Shown one piece after another: positions 56,552-64,000 of a DNA stretch of 64,000 nucleotides (position 1 is the stretch's first letter; each line of letters begins with the position of its first letter). Where the stretch lies: the NCBI GenBank assembly GCA_951406725.2, contig OX597815.1, positions 94,674,001-94,738,000 on the forward strand, in the 5' to 3' direction. The DNA comes from Octopus vulgaris. Lineage: Eukaryota. A program made the position numbers and the translations under genes. The notes under the pieces were generated by a model that had not been told where the DNA came from, made no database searches, and saw only the letters and a list, made by a program, of their open reading frames with translations.

Positions 56552-56623
<72 letters not shown>
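56501..56623. repeat. (GTA)n-(TAA)n microsatellite
   Basis: Direct tandem repeat. Confidence 0.97.
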
Positions 56624-56625
<2 letters not shown>

Positions 56626-58655
56626 CGGAATTTTATTTGGTTGATTGAATCCTGAAGTATAAACGATTACAGTCAATGTGAAGCTTAGATGTGGTATGAA
56701 AGACGCAAACCTATTGATTTTTTTAAAAAGTTAAACGCCTTCTGATTAAATCCTATACAAATGAACGAACACTTACAACCAGTATCAAAAACAGATCTTT
56801 ATTTTCTGATATTAGATGCTAATTATTCAATTGTAAAGTATTCTACCGTGCTTCCTTCAAATATTTATGCGATTTCAAATCTTCAGCATATATAACACTT
56901 GCCTTCCAAAATACATATATATATATACATAACTACATTTATACACAAAATTACCGCGAGTTATAGCAGCGCATGTCAATAAGCATACGAATATATAAAT
57001 ATAAATTTTGTAAATTTATCTGCTGCAAGAAAATTAAAATCCTCACATATTCCACACAAAATTGCACGTACGTGACTATGAAAAGATATTTCAATTTTTT
57101 AGACCATATTTATTTCCTCTACAAGTGTTCATGAAGTTACAGAAAATGCCTGGAAACACTTTTTAGGAAGTTATCATTCTAAAGTTATCACGTGTGTTTG
57201 AAACTCTGTAACATTTTGAAGAAGAAATAAATTTGAAATGCATGTCACATTTGCATTTTAAAATTAATGTTTGAAGTTTCCACATGGGTGTGCAGATCTG
57301 AAAGCTGGTGCATTTAAAAGAACCATGTCCTACACATAACCTTGGGGTATTTGGTTTCACCTGAATTCAATCACACTGATGTTCATTTCGTTCATCGATG
57401 AAGTAATTACAAGTACAATCGTTTCGAAATGATCTACTGTTCAAATATTGAAGTTCTGTGCTTAAGTTGGAAATCAATATCCTTATTTCGAACGTCAAAA
57501 TAGAAACTGTTTGAATGAATAACTATTTATTAAAAATGTCTTAGGAAGAGGCTAGTACCCATATCATTGCATGTCCGGTCTCATTGATCTGATCGATGTG
57601 ATTGATGTTCAGTTTAAACATTTATAGAAAAGCATTGGCGCATAGCAGTTTTATATGTAGAAAAGGAATGAGAGCCCGTGGCGTCTTTGCCTTAAGTAAC
57701 ACCAATATAAACATGTGAAATGCGTTTTGAGCGAAAATCTAAACAAAGAATTTAATTTAATGCATCGGGTGATTGCTCTCTATTCAGCTGTGTTCATCTT
57801 TTGAAGTAAGCACACACACACACACACGCATACATACAAACTCATACATATGCATGCGTCCACATGCACGGATACGTGCAAATACAAACAAACACTCATA
57901 CACGAATATACACGCAAGCACACATAGATGCAGATCGGTCTACTTTTCTTTAAAGTACTCAATAATAAAACAGAGTATGTATATCTTATTAAAAGCTGAA
58001 TCTTCTTGAATTGTAACTGAATGTCGTTGCCGGTTATTGAAACGATTGAATTGGGAAACCAGCGTGCTAATCCATGCAGTACAATGTAACTAAACACATT
58101 GCGATATGATTAATCAGGAGACGTGAAAAACACTATTGGAAAACGCATCAAACATATGTCTAATACAGAAGACGTAATGTAGTCATCTATTTTATGTGAT
58201 CCTTTCCTATATAACGACAGCTTTTAATGACCATACAACTCTACTTGTTGGACTGAGTAATTTTCGTTGTAAATACAGAGGCCCAGTCATGAAAACAGAA
58301 AGAGGTTTTCCACAATGAATGTGTACACTATCTTAAAAAGGTATATTAAGTGTCTAACTAAAGATACTGATGATCTAAATAGGAGGATGAGATAGAATTT
58401 ATAACTTCTATAACGGGACTAAGGGAAAATAAGTTTGATTTCAGAATAAATGAAATCCACAGAAGATAGGACTTGGAACACATTGCAGTTGTATCCGACG
58501 TCTTGAATATGATGAAGATTAAAATTCAAAAAGAAATTACCAGCATATTACACAAATATTTAACATGCACGTCTATGATTATTGAAAAATGTATGTACGA
58601 AACTGATATCTGCATATATCGTAGATATCTTCCTAACAATATCCCCTACACCTAA

Positions 58656-58838
58656 GGTAGTGTGCTGGCTGAATCGTTAGCACACCAGGTAAAATGCTGA
58701 GGGTTATTTCATCCATCTTAACTTTCTGAGTTCAAATTCCACCCAGACTGACTTCACCTTTCGCACTTTTTCGGGGTCTATATAATAAAAACTGGTCGAG
58801 TACTGAGATCGATATTGGCTTCGAAATTTGAAGCCAAT
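58656..58838 (+). mobile_element. SINE family A, diverged
   Basis: ctggctgaatcgttagcac head, ttctgagttcaaattcc, cgaaatttgaagccaat tail. Confidence 0.8.
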
Positions 58839-59846
58839 ATCACCTATACCTAACACTTCATTTAGTAGCGAAGAAATAGCTCACAGCAAGCGGAGATGAA
58901 GATTTAGTATTATGTAAATAATATATTAGTTTTGAAGATCGCTTATATAATGTTTTGTCAACCACAAATCATGACTAATTAACATACCCATCCCAAAGTA
59001 ATATAACCAAGTGTAATAAATACATATTTAAAATGAAGAAAGACAATTTTTTCGTTGCAGATTAATAGTTTGTCAAAGATAATATTTTATAAATTTATGC
59101 AGTTGATATAATAGAGTTCTATCCATCTATAATTAAATTCTTTCTTGTATATCTTTAGAATTCTCTAGAGGTTTTATTCCAAATGGTAATTCGAATATTA
59201 ATATTATTACGCATCCAAGGAATTCTTTGCTATTTCGGATAATTCTATTTGGGTTAAACGTAATGGTCAAGAATCGTTTGATGTAGCCACATGGGATCGC
59301 GTAATGGGCTGAGATTTCTAAATTGATAGGATTATACATATTAGATTTACACAGGACGAGAGATTCCGCTCTGCAGAGTTACCTCTAAACCGAAACAACG
59401 GTCTAATCATTTAACGAAGGATGAATGAACGCACAATGGATGCGGTTTGGGAAAAATTCATCAACATATTAAAAGATTTTAGATCGAAGTAGATACAAAT
59501 CTTACTATAGTTAATTTCTTAGATATAATCTTAGATTTACGTCCTGGTGTACTCTGTCCTTATAGTAAATCTAACGAGAAATTGAAGTATATTAATATAA
59601 ATTCCAGTCATGCGTTAATACTACATAAAGGCCTAGATAAAAATAGTAATAGTGGGAAGTAAATGCATATCTGGCTTATCTTCTGACGAAGAATCCTTCA
59701 TATGTTCTTCCGAATATTACAATGACACACGAAGGTGCGGTAGCTTCAAAGAAGGAATACATTACATACAGTATAACTGTAATAACGAGGAAAGTAAAAA
59801 TATCCTTATACGAATATATACATAATTTCATGCATACATACATACA

Positions 59847-59877
<31 letters not shown>

Positions 59878-59879
<2 letters not shown>

Positions 59880-60480
59880 TTATGGGTACTTGGCACGTAA
59901 AACAGAAACCAGAGAAGCAACTGATCATGTCAAAAGTTTGGTATGGAGTACTGGCAAATTAATGGCATCCTACTTTGAAGGTTTCATCTATATAATCCAA
60001 GAACAAGAGATAATCACTAAGTTCCCACAGAATAAGAAGCAGAAAACTTTGACAGAAAACAAATATAGGTTGTGCAAGATCAAGACTGAAGACATCAACC
60101 TCATTATTGCCAACTTTGAGAGAATGTCTTCTAGATATTATTTTCCCGTGAGGCATGATACGATGGCAAGAACAGTCTGGAACAGGATAACAAAAAAGAA
60201 AATACCTACAAACGAAGTTGATTGATTGAGCAAATGAATATTGGTGGAACATACAAATTAAAACAGCCACCATGTTAAAACACAACTGGCCATATATCTT
60301 TGTGTGAAACTACAAATGAAAGATATGTTCTGTTGTGGAAACCAGCAGCCCTCTGGACACGAATGTGGTTAGAAAAATAAAAGAGAAAGAGAACATCTAT
60401 CAACCAATGATAAGGATTTTGTAAATCCAGTACCCAAGATACATTTCCAGGTTCATACCCGTTATTATTTGGAGTAACAG

Positions 60481-60482
<2 letters not shown>
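59878..60482 (+). mobile_element. R4/Dong fragment (zinc knuckle, RHD and REL)
   Basis: EGFIYIIQEQEI...KYRLCKIKTEDINLII...YFPVRHDTMAR; decayed REL motifs follow, ending in an IPVII/GVTG motif. Confidence 0.82.
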
Positions 60483-60535
<53 letters not shown>

Positions 60536-60554
60536 TTTATTCTTTCTTTCTTTT

Positions 60555-60660
60555 ATTTTTTCAGTCATTTGACTGCAGCCATGCAGTAGCACCGCCTTTA
60601 GTCGAGTAAATCGACCCCAGAGCTTATTCTTTGTAAGCCCAGTACTTATTCTATCGGTTT
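60555..60660 (-). mobile_element. SINE family B 3' fragment
   Basis: cagtcatttgactgcagccatgc..gcaccgcc, also present at 50313 and 27480. Confidence 0.7.
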
Positions 60661-60804
60661 CTATCTGTTCCTATTAGTAATTCCTCAGACCAAGAATTAA
60701 AATAATACAAACTTACGCTGGATTGAACAACAACATATGGTATTGAAGATTAATCAGGAGTCCTATAATTACAGAAGAATATAGAGAAGAAACGGAAATA
60801 ATAT

Positions 60805-61018
60805 TGGTTTCAAATTTTATGGTATAATGTTAGCAATTTTGGAGGAAGAGACAAGTTGATTACATCGACCCCAGTACTCAACTGGTACTTAATTTATCGA
60901 GACCAAAATGATGAAAGGCAAAGTCGACCGCGACGGAGTTTGAACTCAGAACGTAAAGACATAAAATATCGCTAACCATTTTGCCCAGCGTACTGACGAT
61001 TCTGCCAGCTCACTACCT
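60805..61018 (-). mobile_element. SINE family A
   Basis: gatgaaaggcaaagtcgac, tttgaactcagaac, ttctgccagctcac. Confidence 0.88.
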
Positions 61019-61249
61019 TCAAGCATGGTAAAACTTAATGGTATCGAAGCTTCAAGATTCGCTGAAATATTATCATGATCGGTTACAAGGGAAAGTTAAT
61101 TTCTGCTGATGAGGTCTGTATGCAGCTTTCCTAAATCAACGAAAAGAACATCCACCTGAAAAGAATGAAACGTATTCTTTGAATTGGGCAACCGTAATAC
61201 CGTTGCCTGAAATCTTTTTTGTTATGTAGTGGCCCGGTATTATACCTTA

Positions 61250-62070
61250 CAAGGAAGGGAAAATCATTTCAGTGAAGAAATCAGCCTGCATTAATTGCTG
61301 ATCACACTCGCATCAAATCCAGCAAAGTGCCAAGTTATGGCTCCAATGCACATCGTTGCATCTCTGAATGTTTTTATCTCAGACTGTTCCTGCACAATGT
61401 TCATACTTCAACCTCATTCTACGTTCTCAAAAGACCTGCTGAATGTGGCTGCATAAAATATTCTGTGATGCATGACTCTTGGCAAATTATGCACTTGAAC
61501 AGTATCTTTCAAGAGGCTGGAGACTGGCATTCTTCAAACAAATTGGAACGTCTACTTCGCTATCATTATCTGTGTGTGTTCAGTATCTAATTCTCAGCAT
61601 CTTTGTCATGATCACTTGACCAGAATGATAGAAGTCATACTGTATCAAGCACAATAAGCGTAAAAAGAAAATTCACATGGAGCTTACTTTTGTCATTATG
61701 AGCCAAACTTTAAAACATTAAAATTCCAAAATAGTCTGAGAATAGCAAGTTTTATGAACAGTGTGGACTGCCAACTCTAGTACGACTTTCTCCAGGCAAC
61801 AAGGTATGACATTCACGACCTGTAAAAGTATTCACGCCAATATGAGCCGCCTTTAGTTCTAAATAGTAAAAGAAAAGAATATTTTGCAAAAATCAAATAA
61901 TTGTTGATATCTGACTCAAGGGAAATATTTTTATTTGTGCTCCTTGATGGGAGCCAAACTTCGGTAAAAAAAAATTGGCCATACAAATATATCGATGTTG
62001 TGTCCACATTTGGAAGTACTGAAACTTCATTCACATGTAGTAGGATGTTTTACTCTACTCTCACTCAATC
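61250..62070 (-). mobile_element. Highly decayed RTE-clade LINE ORF C-terminus
   Basis: Fragments SLESDINN.L..A, LPRV.HRIFY, RLKYE..SL resemble RTE SLD.EI..RI.KA / RLPK.IFY / LRYKD.LK motifs. Confidence 0.5.
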
Positions 62071-62157
62071 TTGCATACAATGAAAATTTCGAATGCAATA
62101 TTGACATAGATTGTGGACAGCCTTAGGGTCAGAAGAAGCCCAAGCTACCGTCTGAGC

Positions 62158-63655
62158 TAGGGCTCGCAAAAAGCCGATAATTCCCAAAAACCGAGTTTAA
62201 GTATAAGTAATTATCAAAACCAGTTTTCGCGGATTTAGAGCGGTGTCCCTGTAACGAAGAACTTTGCTGTATATTTTAATTTGTTTATATACATACACAG
62301 ATAAATAGAGAAAGTAACATGTTGACTGATGTCTACAAATATGTTGATGGTGCCTGTATCTATATCTATGTACAAACAATAACAAAAAGTAATGGTAACT
62401 GAGAATCAATCAAGTTTCTTGACTTGCTTGATGATTCACTTTCCTTCGAAAATAATCTTTTAAAAAACACAATAGATTCAGTGTTTTACTTGGCAACCTT
62501 GTCCTAATTTTTGTGTTGAAAAGTCCAGTAATTGAAAAAGCTCTTTTCGACTGGACCCTAGATGCTGTAGTTGTGAGCAATGCCCTATAAAGTTTCTCGA
62601 GCGTTTCACTTCTGTTCGAAGTTGCTTCAAACATTTCGAATTACTTAGATATTTCAAATCCATCTGTTACTATCTTGAGCTCTTCATTCATTTCCTTCAT
62701 TGCGATTGTGTATTTATGTATGAGTTCATTAACTTCGTAAATAGATGGGACAAAAGTAACACTTGTTTTTAGGTTCCCTCCTATTTCATTTTCTTTGTAT
62801 AATTCTGTTGTGTTCTCAGCATCATGTTCAGGAAATAATCTTCTATATGTTTGTTCAGCATATTTCCTTAAATATTGTTTCGTTAAAAGAAAAGAAAAGG
62901 TCCTGAAATTGATTCACCTTTAAACTTTCTTGGGTTATGTAAATACTTCAAGATAGTCAAGGTTTCGACATTTCCCCTCTTATTATATCTATGCATAAGT
63001 CTTTCACGAAGATTTAGAGCCAAAGGATTGCCGACGATATTAAGTTTATTCAATAAAAATTCTACAGAATATTCCGCTTTCCGTAAATACCTTTCATCAG
63101 CGCAAATAGCCTTCAAAATAATTTCTACTGGGTGCAGAATTGCATATAGTATATCGAGAGATTTCCATTCTTCGTTAGCTACGGCATCTGTGGAAAGTAC
63201 TGCTCGTAGAGCATTTGAAATGCAGCTTTTCAATTTAAAAAATCTCTCAATCATATGGAATGGGTTATTCCACCTAGTTCTGTAATCCAGTATAAGTTTA
63301 TATTCTCTGTTATCAAAGTTCGCTCGTACAAAATCTTGCAAAATTTCATTTTTTGTAGGAGATTTACGGAAAAGTTTTGAAATTTTTCTTACCTTATTTA
63401 AAACTTTGTTACATTCAGGTTTTAGCTGGGGAAAACAAGCATTTCCGTGAGCCAAATCTGTTTGAAAAATTATGTCTTTTTGTCTTATGTCAGCTTCATC
63501 ACCACTATCGTCTGTTATAGCGATCTCTTCACTTCTTTTATCAGTCTCATCGGTTGAGGCAATATTTTCAATATTTGTTTGATAGAGAATGTCGATCACA
63601 GACAGATGTATGCAATGTGTGAGACATTGTTGGTGATCAGGTATTATTTCTTTTC
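62158..63655 (-). mobile_element. hAT DNA transposon, 3' half
   Basis: HQQCLTHCIHLSVIDILY (CxxH), LILDYRTRWN (D..TRW), dimerisation domain SRVQSKRAFSITG..TKIRTRL...LCFLK; candidate TIR TAGGGCTCGCAAAAAGCCG at 62158. Confidence 0.9.
62410..63650 (-). pseudogene. hAT transposase (catalytic and dimerisation domains), frameshifted
   Basis: ORFs 62883-63599 and 62410-62634. Confidence 0.88.
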
Positions 63656-64000
63656 ATAATTTCTACCGAGCATTCTATTCCAATCTTCTTCAGCCATTTG
63701 TCTATATCTTTATATACTGTTCCCAAATCACCAACTATTTTAGGAACGAGCGCAGCTTTATGTGCCTTGGGTATGTGCTGTAGTGCTTTTATTTTCACTG
63801 TATTGAAAGTTTTTTTTTGCGTAGGCAATGCCTATCGGCAACTTCCTTATCTTTCTGTCTAAGCTGTTTAGTTAGTCTACAGTCCATGCGATTACTCCTG
63901 CTCCATATCTAAGTGAAACCGCCCAGGTGTTGATGGCTTCAATCTTATTCCTCCGTTTAATATCGACTAAAGAATCAGTCTCAGTTTGCGCAAGTACTCC
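63656..64000 (-). mobile_element. R4/Dong fragment with an internal deletion, running off the window
   Basis: EYLRKLRLIL...RNKIEAINTWAVS.RYGAGVIAWT...LDRKIRKL joined to the REL end VPKIVGDLGTVYKDIDKWLKKIGIECSVE. Confidence 0.82.

Overview
AT-rich eukaryotic intergenic/intronic DNA, very dense in microsatellites. The SINE families and repeat landscape look like an octopus (coleoid cephalopod) genome; this is recalled pattern recognition, not a database result. Almost all listed ORFs are microsatellite artefacts. The real coding signal is from transposons: six R4/Dong-type non-LTR retroelement pieces (the best preserved, 43.2-45.2 kb, sits inside a (TAA)n tract), a decayed Penelope-like element (RT plus C-terminal GIY-YIG), CR1 and RTE remnants, a hAT transposase, Tc1/mariner remnants, a piggyBac-like MITE and about 20 tRNA-derived SINE units. 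One probable host exon with clean splice sites and a signal-peptide-like segment lies at 41505-41703 (+). The most notable unannotated signal is a minimal type-I hammerhead ribozyme on the minus strand at 16961-17011, with a compensatory G3-C8 core swap, inside a ~125-bp unit bounded by inverted repeats. Also notable are a templated-insertion repair scar inside the Dong element and nested Dong insertions into the (TAA)n tail of another retroelement. All motif readings were done by eye and boundaries of decayed elements are approximate.
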